From a virus (lineage: Duplodnaviria > Caudoviricetes), in IMG/VR virus record IMGVR_UViG_3300037515_000879, positions 1-64,000 of that record: 64,000 nt of DNA. One strand, 5' to 3'. The notes beneath the pieces are model-generated. The model was given only the letters and a program-made list of their open reading frames with translations. It was not told the origin of the DNA and made no database searches. The number at the start of each line of letters is the position of its first letter. The stretch's first letter is position 1. Made by a program: the position numbers and the translations under genes. Positions 19,706 through 29,572 of the stretch are shown here, one piece after another.

Positions 19706-21943
19706 TTATTCGGTTTTTTTGGCATTTTTATTGGAAATCTCTTGTTGTTTCACCGCAAGCTCTGCAGCTTTGATGCGTTCTGCCGAACTTGATTTTAGTG
19801 CATCGCCATAGCCTTTGCCCTTAACATAAATATTGGCAACATCAATTTCGGTTTCATTGCCCTCTCTCGATTTAAGAAGATCCAGTTCTTGTTTTTCGGC
19901 CTCTTGTTGCATTAACGCTTTTTGTTGTTCTTGCGCGGCTTTTATGGATTCTTGACGTATTTTTTCCATGGCATTAAGCATTTTTTGGAATACTTTTTTC
20001 TTTTCGGAAGCGGTTTCTTTGTCAAATATATCAATAAGACCCATAATCATTTCCGGAGTATTGGCATTTCCAAGAGCTAGTTCTGCAGCTCGGTCAATTC
20101 TATCTGAAGCTTCTTTATCTTTTTTGGCATCGGAAAGATACATTCCATAATCGGCCAAAAAAAAGTCGTCAAACAATTTAAGGAATTTTGTTTTCATTTC
20201 CCCAAATATGTAATGAATGACCTCTCCTTTTTCATAATCATGTTTTCCCTTTAAAAGAACTTTTTCCAAAAGAGATTGGACAAATTCATCAAAGGGAGTA
20301 AAGATAACTTCTGTTCTGGCAAAGCTTCCCCTTATTGCTTTATCTGTTCCAGTGGCAGTTTGATATTGATTGACATCACCTTGTCTTTCTGGAGATATAC
20401 CAACAAATTTATCTGCCAAATTTTCAATAATGGCAAGACCATTGAACAAATCTTGAACAACTCCATTTTGTGAAAGATCTAATGAAGTGAATTGGTTGAA
20501 TGATGAATTCATTCCTTTTTGTTTGGAATTGATAACTATCAATTTATCTTTTTTAATATGATGCATAACCCTATTCAACCCATTTTGAAATGATGACTTT
20601 GTAAATTGTTTTGGTGTTTGGGCTGCATCATATACAAGAACACGACTGTCTCCAGCAGATTTAAGGGCCAACCGAATTTCAAACAAAACTTCTGAAGCCA
20701 TAGATTGCAATTGATAAAGTTTTGCTGCAACAGATTTTATAAGCGATGTTCCAATGGTATTGTCGCGAACAATACTAACAACAGGAAGCATACAGGAAAA
20801 CTGATCATCAACAGAAGAATATCTAGGTTCCATCAATCCATAATCAAGGCAAATATCAGGACCAAGCATAACAACAAATCTTGGCATTTCGCCATCTATG
20901 TACTCAATGCTTTCTTTTTCTTTTTCTTCATAATCAGGATCTAGTTTTTTATAATGAGTGTTGTTGTATTTGTCTTCACTGATTTTTATTTTTATACGCT
21001 TTCTGGATTTCCACATGGCGTTGATAAGTCTTAATCTACCAACTTTATTACTGGTTTGAAACCATCCATTATATTTTTGGGAGAAATTGAGCTCTCCACT
21101 TTCATAAGTGGATGTATCAACAGACCAATTGGCAAAATTTTCAAAAAATTTCTTGACCTTTGCTTTATCTTCAGCTTTTAAATTTGGAAATATATTATAG
21201 ATTTCATTTTCTGTAAGATAATAGTTTTCGAAAAAATATTCATGGTCATCCTGAACAATTTTATACGGATCGATGTCATGGTCGCAATCCAATGGATGTA
21301 CTTTTCTTGATGTCGTAAAACCTTGTGATTTATCAAGAATGACATGTGCTCTGTCTGAAACACAATAATCGATAAACATTTGTTTCAGTTTTTGTTTTTC
21401 TTTTCTGACATCAAGGAAAATATTTATAAGACCATCGGCAACTTCTTCCGCTATGAGTTTAAAATCGTGCTCTTCAACATTTTCTGGAATTTGTAAATCT
21501 GGATTTTCGGTTTGTGGAGCAAAACCAATATTCGATTTGATTTCCTCAACCATTTCTCTAGCGAATTGTTCAGAAAGAACCTTTATTTTTTGATTGAATT
21601 TTTTATTTTTTGAATTTTTATCTATAACATATGCCTTTCTTTTCAATGGACGAGATATAAACTCTCCAACAATTTGTTCAATCTTTGTCTGGATAAGCGG
21701 ATAAACTATATATTCCTGACCCAAAGAAATACCATGAGGACATGTAATGGTTTTTGTAAGACCAAGTTCTTCTTCGGAAAGTTCTGCATTATAAGCCCTA
21801 TAAAGCTTCAATATTTCCTTTCTTTGGTCATTGTAACTTGATGTTATTGAAAATGTGGCATATTCAAGAGCGTGTGCAATGTGCCAATCTTTGTCTTTTT
21901 TGTTTTCAGGTATCGTTTGATCAGGTAGGGATAAGAGGCTCAT
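19706..21943 (-). CDS. Portal protein
   Basis: 745 aa after TerL; YPLIQTKIEQIVGEFISRP, GISPERQG, and a helical C-terminal crown. Confidence 0.88.
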   Translation of the reverse strand: MSLLSLPDQTIPENKKDKDWHIAHALEYATFSITSSYNDQRKEILKLYRAYNAELSEEELGLTKTITCPHGISLGQEYIVYPLIQTKIEQIVGEFISRPLKRKAYVIDKNSKNKKFNQKIKVLSEQFAREMVEEIKSNIGFAPQTENPDLQIPENVEEHDFKLIAEEVADGLINIFLDVRKEKQKLKQMFIDYCVSDRAHVILDKSQGFTTSRKVHPLDCDHDIDPYKIVQDDHEYFFENYYLTENEIYNIFPNLKAEDKAKVKKFFENFANWSVDTSTYESGELNFSQKYNGWFQTSNKVGRLRLINAMWKSRKRIKIKISEDKYNNTHYKKLDPDYEEKEKESIEYIDGEMPRFVVMLGPDICLDYGLMEPRYSSVDDQFSCMLPVVSIVRDNTIGTSLIKSVAAKLYQLQSMASEVLFEIRLALKSAGDSRVLVYDAAQTPKQFTKSSFQNGLNRVMHHIKKDKLIVINSKQKGMNSSFNQFTSLDLSQNGVVQDLFNGLAIIENLADKFVGISPERQGDVNQYQTATGTDKAIRGSFARTEVIFTPFDEFVQSLLEKVLLKGKHDYEKGEVIHYIFGEMKTKFLKLFDDFFLADYGMYLSDAKKDKEASDRIDRAAELALGNANTPEMIMGLIDIFDKETASEKKKVFQKMLNAMEKIRQESIKAAQEQQKALMQQEAEKQELDLLKSREGNETEIDVANIYVKGKGYGDALKSSSAERIKAAELAVKQQEISNKNAKKTE

Positions 21944-21967
21944 CTTATATATTTTTTATAAAAGTAA

Positions 21968-24151
21968 TTAATTTTCTTCTAATCTTCGCTTATGTTCTTC
22001 AATGGTAAATGCCATGATATCATTTGAATATCTTGAGAGAACTTCCTTTCTGCGTTCTTCAATGTTTTTTTTCTGCTGTATTTTAGCTTGTTGATATTCC
22101 TCTTTTTCATCACCAACCAAATCAAATTCTGGATCGAACGCTCTAATATTGTGAATACTGAAAGGATCTTTTTTTTCATCATTCAATTCTCCATAAGTTT
22201 TAAAAACAGCCTCTCCATTGACTATATCATAGAACCCCATTCCATCAATGATATCATTGTTTTCCGGATGGTCTTCGATTCCTTCAGACATTTCACTGAA
22301 CATATCCAATTTTGACACCATAACCATTCCAAGTGCAGAACCTAAATCTGAATTGGATTCTCCATAATCGATAAGATGTTCCAAAATTTCAGGAAACCAA
22401 TAATTTGCAAAATTAAGATTTACTTCTGATTTTAAAAGCCTTAATGTCAATTGCCACGCATGTTGATTTGACATTTTAAAACCATATAGATTTTTTGCTT
22501 TTGAATTGTAAAGAGTTCCATCAAGGTTTGGACGGGCTTTTAAATATTGATGGCCTCCAACATCCTTGAAATAATTGATAATGGCAATTTTGGTATATTC
22601 AACCAAAAGTTCAATATTGTAATATACTGATAATCTAAATGTTTGTGAATAAAAATCATCATCACTATCAGCAGTTCCCCTGTCTAGAATATATGCTATT
22701 GGTAAATCACAAGGCTTATTGATTCCATAGAAACAACGATAAATTATTGTGGCACCATTTGAGGACCCCTCCCCCGGATCATCTTCATCATAACTGTCAT
22801 TTCCACCAATATCCGGATGATAAGGATAATTTATGTTCTTTATTGGATCTAAAATTTTACGTATTGTTCCAAGTTCTTCATCATCAACCCAAACCAATTT
22901 TGATTCTCTTGCCAAATGTATTTTATCAATTTCCTTTAGATTTCTAGCAACGGCAACAAGTTGTTTTGTCTTTGGATCTTTTGTTGACCATTCCAATTTT
23001 CCAATTTTTCTTTGAAACGGACAATTTTCCTGATTATGAAGTTGTGCATTTAGTTTTTTACGATTAAGAAGTCCACCTTTATTTTTTATAAAAATATCAG
23101 ATTCTTTTAATGGATACTGTTGAATGTGTTTGACATAACCTTCAGTTCCGTCTTTTGTCTTTCTTTCTTCAAGAATATATTTAAGCGCGGCTTGTGAATC
23201 TGTTCTTCCTGTCCTAAAATCAAAAAACGAAACAACTTTTCCTGTTTTTTCATCTGGAATACCATCACCTGGATAATAATCGGTTGCAAGAACCAATATT
23301 TTTTTGAGATTATATACATTGCGTTTGGCCTGATACATGCTCATATAGCCCTTGGATCCTTTTTCGATATCACCTCCGGTACCATAGACAATGGGCGTTC
23401 CAAATTGATAAGACCCTTCTTTAAAACATGGTTCGGTGGATTTATATGCGGCAATAAGATCTTCAAAAAGACCGGCCTCCTCAAATATTGCAAGGCTTAA
23501 ACTTTTTCCTTCAAACCCCGTAGGCTTGGCAAACATCGTTTTGATGTACATTTGGGATTTAAGACCTTTAGGAACTTTTTGTTTGTTTACATAATCCCAA
23601 TAACCAAGCTGAAATCTATCATCGTTTTTAAATAAGATCCCGGATCTATATTCCGGTCGCATATGGTCAAACAAATCTTTTACTTTTTCATAAAAATCTG
23701 TCGCTTTTTCCTCAAGACCGGCAGCAATGCCAACTTCAGAATCCCTAAAGAACAAAAGTTCATATCCCATACATGTCGATCCAACATAGGAAAGTCCAAC
23801 ACGTCTTGGTTTTCCGACAATAAGTCCATAATAATTTTTCCTTGCATCTGTTATTTCATCATATAAACGACGATCAAGTTCTCTGTAAAATGGATATTCA
23901 AATGTTTTGTTGGTGGCACCTTTGCGAAGAAGTTTAATCTTGCACATATTGAGATAGAAATAGTGCCTACCGGATATTTTTGGCATAAAGGAATTTGGTT
24001 TGAAACCATTTAGGCATCTGTCGTCCTGTTTATCCCAATAATCATCATAGGATATTGTTCCGGGTTTAAAATCGGGAATTTCTTCAACAACTAACGGTCG
24101 ATAATATTCGCTGTTAAATTTGTTCCAGTCAATTGTTACTTTCATTGTCAA
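21968..24151 (-). CDS. terL: Terminase large subunit
   Basis: Walker A-like GKPRRVGLS, Walker B IFEEAG, GTGG coupling motif, RNase H-like GGNDSYD. Start is TTG at 24151 or ATG at 24145. Confidence 0.92.
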   Translation of the reverse strand: MTMKVTIDWNKFNSEYYRPLVVEEIPDFKPGTISYDDYWDKQDDRCLNGFKPNSFMPKISGRHYFYLNMCKIKLLRKGATNKTFEYPFYRELDRRLYDEITDARKNYYGLIVGKPRRVGLSYVGSTCMGYELLFFRDSEVGIAAGLEEKATDFYEKVKDLFDHMRPEYRSGILFKNDDRFQLGYWDYVNKQKVPKGLKSQMYIKTMFAKPTGFEGKSLSLAIFEEAGLFEDLIAAYKSTEPCFKEGSYQFGTPIVYGTGGDIEKGSKGYMSMYQAKRNVYNLKKILVLATDYYPGDGIPDEKTGKVVSFFDFRTGRTDSQAALKYILEERKTKDGTEGYVKHIQQYPLKESDIFIKNKGGLLNRKKLNAQLHNQENCPFQRKIGKLEWSTKDPKTKQLVAVARNLKEIDKIHLARESKLVWVDDEELGTIRKILDPIKNINYPYHPDIGGNDSYDEDDPGEGSSNGATIIYRCFYGINKPCDLPIAYILDRGTADSDDDFYSQTFRLSVYYNIELLVEYTKIAIINYFKDVGGHQYLKARPNLDGTLYNSKAKNLYGFKMSNQHAWQLTLRLLKSEVNLNFANYWFPEILEHLIDYGESNSDLGSALGMVMVSKLDMFSEMSEGIEDHPENNDIIDGMGFYDIVNGEAVFKTYGELNDEKKDPFSIHNIRAFDPEFDLVGDEKEEYQQAKIQQKKNIEERRKEVLSRYSNDIMAFTIEEHKRRLEEN

Positions 24152-24161
24152 TTGTTTAAAA

Positions 24162-24209
24162 GAAAGACATCGTTAGCATATAAATAATATATGGTTCACG
24201 ATGCCTTTC
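24162..24209 (-). promoter_or_regulatory. Long leader hairpin upstream of terL
   Basis: GAAAGGCAUCGU/ACGAUGUCUUUC (12 bp, one GU) plus an inner CAUAUA/UAUAUG stem, followed by UUUU. Confidence 0.55.
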
Positions 24210-24230
24210 AAGAAACAGAAGAAGTGCCTA

Positions 24231-24809
24231 TTATCTTATTTCGTGATAAAACGAACTCTTTTTCTCCAATTTCTGTTCTAACCTTGAAAGACTGTAACCG
24301 TTGACAACAGGGGATTCATGATAAATATCCTGGCCCTCAATTCGTTTTGTAAAAGCCTCAATGTCGTCATTGATGCTTCTCAAATCTTTTTTAAGCTGGG
24401 CCATTGTGATGTTTTTTCTTTTTTCATCATTGGAATCCAAGGTATCATACTCCTTTATTTGCTGGAGTTTTCTAACCTTTTGGTCATAGTAGATTCGTTT
24501 CTCTTCAAGAGTTGGATCATATTGTAGGGCATCATATTTTTTTAAGGCAGATTGAATCAATTCAGTGTTCCAATGCCATTTGTTTCTGTCTCCAATAACT
24601 TCTTCCTGTGCTTTTTTTGGACGGTCAATGTCATTGTAATATCGGATTGGAGATTGATAATCGGCAACAAGTGCAACGGCTGTCAAGCAATAGATTCCAT
24701 AATCTTCACTTTTCATAAGCTCTCTAAATTCCTTTATGGACAATATGCCATCATCCCCATCTTCAATGAGCAACAATCCTGTTTTTTTATCTATTCTGGT
24801 TAAATACAT
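24231..24809 (-). CDS. Conserved pre-terL protein, candidate small terminase
   Basis: Position immediately upstream of terL; FRELMK...ALVADYQSP...SALKKYDALQ resembles the crAss pre-TerL gene. Confidence 0.55.
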   Translation of the reverse strand: MYLTRIDKKTGLLLIEDGDDGILSIKEFRELMKSEDYGIYCLTAVALVADYQSPIRYYNDIDRPKKAQEEVIGDRNKWHWNTELIQSALKKYDALQYDPTLEEKRIYYDQKVRKLQQIKEYDTLDSNDEKRKNITMAQLKKDLRSINDDIEAFTKRIEGQDIYHESPVVNGYSLSRLEQKLEKKSSFYHEIR

Positions 24810-24823
24810 TGTGCTAATGTAAT

Positions 24824-24856
24824 AAAAAAAAGAGGAATTTAATTTTCCTCTTTTTT
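24824..24856 (-). terminator. Terminator-like hairpin
   Basis: AAAAAGAGGA/UCCUCUUUUU stem with a U-run. Confidence 0.55.
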
Positions 24857-25162
24857 GTTGGACATTTTATATTTTTTTGCCAGTCGTTCCATTTGTCTTT
24901 CGCTTTTAAAAACCTGCCATTCCTTATTTATTTTTTTATAAATATCGGAATAGGATAAATTGGGATCTAGAAGTTTGTAGAACTCCCTTAAAAAACCAAC
25001 TTTATAAATCAATTTTTCATGGTTGTTCTTTATATTGTTTGGAACATGGAATATCCAATGATCCGTATCAATATTCAGCATATTTTTTTTAATATGCTCT
25101 GGAACATTGATCACCGCTTCTGTTGTATCTATAATATAACCAGTAAATTTATTTACTATCAT
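24839..25162 (-). CDS. Hypothetical protein, possible C-terminal HTH
   Basis: In operon; basic C-terminus. Confidence 0.55.
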   Translation of the reverse strand: MIVNKFTGYIIDTTEAVINVPEHIKKNMLNIDTDHWIFHVPNNIKNNHEKLIYKVGFLREFYKLLDPNLSYSDIYKKINKEWQVFKSERQMERLAKKYKMSNKKEEN

Positions 25163-25550
25163 AACGTTTTTCGCTAGACGTTTTAAAACTCAAGACAGGT
25201 TTTTCCGTTTTTGAAAGACTCATTGTGGCATAGCGCTCAATTTCTTCTGTAAGGGATTTTCCTATTTTTTCAAGATCGTGAAATGAAACAAGCTGTGGAA
25301 TGGTTTTTTTTACACGGGCCTGAAGCTCTTTGTCAATCATCATTAATATTTCATTATTGTGATTGATGTGTTTCTTCATAAGATCCATGGTTTCCATATA
25401 ATATGTTGGCCCTATTTTTTTTTGATCCTTTGCTTTTTCAACATTTTCACAAAATTGTACCATTTCGGTACTTAGGTACTCGATGAACCTTTGGGTAAAT
25501 TCCAAAGTTGTTGTGGCATGATTTTTAAAATCAATCTTCAGCTTTTCCAA
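25149..25550 (-). CDS. Hypothetical helical protein
   Basis: Overlapping stop/start with its neighbours. Confidence 0.6.
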   Translation of the reverse strand: MEKLKIDFKNHATTTLEFTQRFIEYLSTEMVQFCENVEKAKDQKKIGPTYYMETMDLMKKHINHNNEILMMIDKELQARVKKTIPQLVSFHDLEKIGKSLTEEIERYATMSLSKTEKPVLSFKTSSEKRYDSK

Positions 25551-25773
25551 TTTTTAATGCTTTTTTCTTAGATTTAATCTCTTTATAAAAATAGCTTCCA
25601 TAACTTTCAGCCATCATAAAACTTTCCCATTCTCGTAATGAAAACGGCGTATATTGCCAAATATCATTGTTATTAAACTTAATAAACAAGGCTTCTTCTT
25701 TTGAAACAAAGGCCACTGCGCTTATTTGTGAGCTTTTTTTCTTAATCCAAGGAATATCATTGATATCTATCAT
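25531..25773 (-). CDS. KTSC domain protein
   Basis: SSQISAVAF...LFIKFNNNDIWQY...WESFMMAESYGSYFYKEIK is the KTSC signature. Confidence 0.85.
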   Translation of the reverse strand: MIDINDIPWIKKKSSQISAVAFVSKEEALFIKFNNNDIWQYTPFSLREWESFMMAESYGSYFYKEIKSKKKALKIGKAED

Positions 25774-25776
25774 ATT

Positions 25777-27468
25777 TTAATAGTTTTGATTATAGTTTGG
25801 TTTTTCATAAACCTCTTTGTCAACAATGACACAATCCGTAGTCAATAGCATTCCAGCTATTGATGCAGCATTTTCAAGAGCAACACGGGTTACTTTTACT
25901 GGATCTATAATTCCGGAAGAAATCATATTTTCACAAAAACTACCATATCTTGCATCAATACCACAATTTGGTGATAATTTTAATTTTTCAATAAGAGTGT
26001 TGGTTGTTTTGATTCCAACATTTTCCAATATCTGAACAAAAGGTGCTTTTATTGCTTCATAGATTACAGAAATACCAAGCTCAACAGAATGATTGTCAGA
26101 ATATTTATCGAATCTCGGCCTATTTTCTGAAATATGATAAAGAGCCGTCCCACCACCCGGAATTATTCCTTCTTCTGAAGCTGACTTTACGGCATAAAGA
26201 GCGTCCTGGATCCGATGTTGCTTTTCTATAAAATCAACATCTGTGGATGCGCCAATATTTATATATGCAAGCCCATCGGTCAATCTTGATATTCTGGTCT
26301 GTAAAATTGACTTTTCATATTGATTGATTTGGTCTGTGATTTTGCTTCTGATAAATTCAGCCCTATTCTGTTTTGCCTTTTCAATGGTCTGGTGTTCTTT
26401 CTCACTGATATCAATAGGCCCTTTTATGGAAAGATTGTTTCTTGTTACCATGACAGCTTCGCTTTTTGGAAAACAATTGAAAACTTCATCATAATCAACA
26501 GGCATTTCTTTTTCGTTCAAATTAAAAACAATATCATCAAAATCAATTCCTTCGTTTTCAAGAAAAGGTGTTTTTCCAAGCATTACGCCAAGATCCCTCA
26601 ATAAATTGTTTTGTTCTTCTCCAAATTCAGGTGCTTTACAAACACATACTTTAAGAACACCGTCAATTTTTGCCTGTACCAACGGACCAAGAACGGAATG
26701 ATCGATATCCTTACAGATAATTAAAATGGACTGTTGTTTTGCAGAGCATGATTTTAAAAGAATATTGAAATTATCCGATACTTCTGAAAGTTTGGTATTG
26801 GTAATATAAATAATCGGTTTGTCCAGTTCAACAATATCGTTTCCATTATCGGTTATAAAATGTATGCTATGATATCCCGTTGGAAGATTCATGCCATATA
26901 CTGTTGTGAGATAGGTTTCCTTTGTTTTTGAACGCTGAATGTTTACAGCACCTTGTTTTCCGGCAACCTTAAAGGCATCCAGTACAATACTTGAAATTTC
27001 AAAATCATTATTGGAAGATATCAATGCTACATTTAAAAGCTTTTCATCGGTATCACATGGAACTGAAATTTCCTTAAGCTTTTCGACAATAAGCTTTACC
27101 CCGGCATCTATTCCTCTTTTTAAACTTAAAAGATTAATATCCTCTATTGAGGAAATGGAACCAAGCTCAAGTATTTTTTCTGCCAATATAGTTGCTGTTG
27201 TGGTTCCATCACCAGCTTGATTGTCCGAATTGTTTGCCACTTCCTGAATAGATTCAATAGCCTGTTGCTCTATTGGATCAGCAGACCATACATGTGCAGC
27301 AACAGTAACTCCATCTTTTGTTGCAAAAGGAAACCGATCCCCCTTTTGCCTTATCAATACATTTTTACCGCTTGGACCCAATGTTACCCTAACAGCCTTG
27401 GCTACAATTTGTGCGCCCCTTATTAGCCGTTCACGGGCATTATGATCATATTCTATAATCTTTCCCAT
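25777..27468 (-). CDS. groEL: Group I chaperonin GroEL-like
   Basis: TLGPSGKNV, TKDGVTVA, GDGTTTATIL, DALYAVKSA, GIIPGGG, GIIDPVKVTRVALENAASIA; no GGM tail. Confidence 0.96.
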   Translation of the reverse strand: MGKIIEYDHNARERLIRGAQIVAKAVRVTLGPSGKNVLIRQKGDRFPFATKDGVTVAAHVWSADPIEQQAIESIQEVANNSDNQAGDGTTTATILAEKILELGSISSIEDINLLSLKRGIDAGVKLIVEKLKEISVPCDTDEKLLNVALISSNNDFEISSIVLDAFKVAGKQGAVNIQRSKTKETYLTTVYGMNLPTGYHSIHFITDNGNDIVELDKPIIYITNTKLSEVSDNFNILLKSCSAKQQSILIICKDIDHSVLGPLVQAKIDGVLKVCVCKAPEFGEEQNNLLRDLGVMLGKTPFLENEGIDFDDIVFNLNEKEMPVDYDEVFNCFPKSEAVMVTRNNLSIKGPIDISEKEHQTIEKAKQNRAEFIRSKITDQINQYEKSILQTRISRLTDGLAYINIGASTDVDFIEKQHRIQDALYAVKSASEEGIIPGGGTALYHISENRPRFDKYSDNHSVELGISVIYEAIKAPFVQILENVGIKTTNTLIEKLKLSPNCGIDARYGSFCENMISSGIIDPVKVTRVALENAASIAGMLLTTDCVIVDKEVYEKPNYNQNY

Positions 27469-28295
27469 TAATATCTATCTCTTAAAATTGCCAATTCATT
27501 CCCAAGCGCAAATCGGGCTTCACATGCATGTACATAAGATTGTGTCTTTGCTATAGATGCAAGTCTCATGTCAGAAACCAATGAATCATGTATCTTATGG
27601 CTTTCAATATCATTTATTGATTTCTGAACCAATTCCCTGATGAACACAATTTTTTCAACATCTGTTTTCAATCCAAAATCATAAAGCAACTTTTGAAGCC
27701 CTTCAGCAACATCTGCGGTTGGTGGAATCTGTCGTGCATTGGTAATCGGTTGTTTGGTCTTATATGGATTTTCGGTTCCATACTGTTCCAATAACTTACC
27801 AAGCCAGGCTTTTGCATTGAATAGAGAATTTCTGGTATTGCCTTTTGCTCCAACGGATACATCAACAAATTTAATGATGCCATCAAATTTTACCCGTAAT
27901 TCTTTTATAAAACTTACCGATTCATCCAAAAAATCAATTGTATTTATATTTTCTGATAAATCAATCCCTTTTAAAGCTTCTCCTTTGTCTTTAATGGGCT
28001 GATCATCTTGATCTCCTTCATTTGGAATCTTGGTGCTTTCCAACAAATCAACATCCTGTATTTTGTCTGAATCGTTTTTTTTCTTAACAATATCTTCAAT
28101 AGGCGTTCCTTTTGGAATGTCTTTTATATCAACGATATTGATTTTTTCAGCTTCTTTTAAATCATCCTCAACAGTAAAGGTATCCATGCTTTTTTCTGTT
28201 TCCAAAGTACCGGAATCAATCAACTGCTTGTTACCTGAATTGTCAATAATTTCCTTTTTTTGGCCTTCCGCTTGTTTCTTTTGTTTTTTTGTCAT
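27468..28295 (-). CDS. Hypothetical protein with acidic disordered N-terminus and AKAWLGK domain
   Basis: Translationally coupled to groEL; C-terminal LFNAKAWLGKLL...PY.....IPPTAD. Confidence 0.6.
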   Translation of the reverse strand: MTKKQKKQAEGQKKEIIDNSGNKQLIDSGTLETEKSMDTFTVEDDLKEAEKINIVDIKDIPKGTPIEDIVKKKNDSDKIQDVDLLESTKIPNEGDQDDQPIKDKGEALKGIDLSENINTIDFLDESVSFIKELRVKFDGIIKFVDVSVGAKGNTRNSLFNAKAWLGKLLEQYGTENPYKTKQPITNARQIPPTADVAEGLQKLLYDFGLKTDVEKIVFIRELVQKSINDIESHKIHDSLVSDMRLASIAKTQSYVHACEARFALGNELAILRDRY

Positions 28296-28312
28296 GATTA
28301 AAATATTTATAG

Positions 28313-28597
28313 TTAATAATTGTTTTTGTCTTGGTCAAAGCGTATCAATAGTTTCATGCTTTCTGAAACCAAATGATAGGTACCAATATTTTTAAGGTTG
28401 ATTTTTTCAGCCATATTGATGTGATAATAAATAACCTTTCCAAGTATTGAAGCATCAAGATCACAGCCTATATGCTCTATAACTCCAACTTCATAATTAA
28501 GATTTGATTGCGTTTTATAATCAATCTCTCCCTTTTTGTAGTAATTATTCAAGGGATATACCAACATATCCGTTGGATTTAAATGAATGCCATCCAT
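28313..28597 (-). CDS. groES: Co-chaperonin GroES-like (divergent)
   Basis: 94 aa; LNPTDMLVYP...KKGEIDY...VGVIEHIG...GKVIYY...TYHLVSESMKLL aligns by eye to the Cpn10 layout. Confidence 0.65.
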   Translation of the reverse strand: MDGIHLNPTDMLVYPLNNYYKKGEIDYKTQSNLNYEVGVIEHIGCDLDASILGKVIYYHINMAEKINLKNIGTYHLVSESMKLLIRFDQDKNNY

Positions 28598-28623
28598 ACT
28601 AATTCTGTTTCTTTTTTCAATAT

Positions 28624-28640
28624 TACGACATTATGACGTA
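28624..28640. promoter_or_regulatory. 17-bp palindromic operator, copy 1, overlapping a -7 box
   Basis: TACGACATTATGACGTA; minus-strand TAATATTG at 28618-28625 shares its terminal TA. Confidence 0.7.
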
Positions 28641-28721
28641 ATTACAAAATTATAATTTCGAGGACGTACATTTGTTCTCCTTTTTCCTTTCTCCCCACTT
28701 CTTACCGCCCACAGAAATTAT

Positions 28722-28763
28722 AAAGCAAAAGCCCCGTCGATTATGCACTTTGTATCGCGGGGC
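28722..28763 (-). terminator. GC-rich hairpin plus U-tract
   Basis: GCCCCG-CGAU...AUCGA-CGGGGC followed by UUUUGCUUU. Confidence 0.7.
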
Positions 28764-28825
28764 CTCATGGTTGAGTGAAATTAAAATTCAAAGAAAATAA
28801 GTTTTGTAAATATATAAAAAAATAA

Positions 28826-29092
28826 TCAATTTTTTTTGGCAGTCAATGAGCCCTTGGCATGTGATTTACCACTTATTGCGTTCATTGGTTTTGATCCAAC
28901 AAAGGATATTGGGGGAAGTCCACCTTTTCTAGCCCCACAATGACGACAGGCCATGACCTGATTTTCATTGCTCAATTTGAACATCATATATTCATGTAAT
29001 CCAGAATCGCACTTTAAAACACGATTATTTGTCAGCCTTGGATTTCTTTGTTGTGCTGACTTTTGCTGATTTTGATTGTTCTTGCTTGTCAT
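28826..29092 (-). CDS. Small basic Zn-finger-like protein (paralog 1)
   Basis: HEYMMFK...VMACRHCGAR. Confidence 0.55.
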   Translation of the reverse strand: MTSKNNQNQQKSAQQRNPRLTNNRVLKCDSGLHEYMMFKLSNENQVMACRHCGARKGGLPPISFVGSKPMNAISGKSHAKGSLTAKKN

Positions 29093-29246
29093 CTTGATTT
29101 GCTTTAACTGCGTTTTTTAAATCTATATATCCGACCACATTAGGTCTTTTTCCGCAAATGGAACAAGCCACTACGGATTGGGCTCCAGTCTTGAACAGAA
29201 CGAACACATGTTTGTGTTCAGATTCCTTTTTAGCTTTTTTTGCCAT
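29025..29246 (-). CDS. Small basic Zn-finger-like protein (paralog 2)
   Basis: HKHVFVLFK...VVACSICGKR. Confidence 0.55.
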   Translation of the reverse strand: MAKKAKKESEHKHVFVLFKTGAQSVVACSICGKRPNVVGYIDLKNAVKANQDDKQEQSKSAKVSTTKKSKADK

Positions 29247-29248
29247 GA

Positions 29249-29521
29249 TTACCAGTTGTTTTGTTTTTTAAGTTTCTTAAATATACTTATAATTCCTTGG
29301 GTTTGTTGGCCAAGCCAAAATATAAATACCCAAAAAGCTACCGTTCTCCAATTCCTTCCCTCAAAGATTATCCCAAGATAACTGAAAAAGAAAACACCAA
29401 GAACAATAATAGGAACAAGAACATTTGTAAACTTATGCTCTTCCTTTATTTCTACAATCCAAGCCTTTACAATAACAAAAATATTGATGATAAAAAGCCA
29501 AGAATCTCTAATTACATTCAT
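29249..29521 (-). CDS. Small multi-TM membrane protein, holin-like topology
   Basis: Three hydrophobic segments and a basic C-terminus. Confidence 0.5.
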   Translation of the reverse strand: MNVIRDSWLFIINIFVIVKAWIVEIKEEHKFTNVLVPIIVLGVFFFSYLGIIFEGRNWRTVAFWVFIFWLGQQTQGIISIFKKLKKQNNW

Positions 29522-29572
29522 AATATTTGGATTTAAAGTTTACCAAATATAACAAAACTATTTTGTTTATAA

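Noticed and set aside
28597-28720. CIRCE/HrcA control of groES-groEL
   Set aside because: No TTAGCACTC-N9-GAGTGCTAA; the palindrome present is a different sequence.
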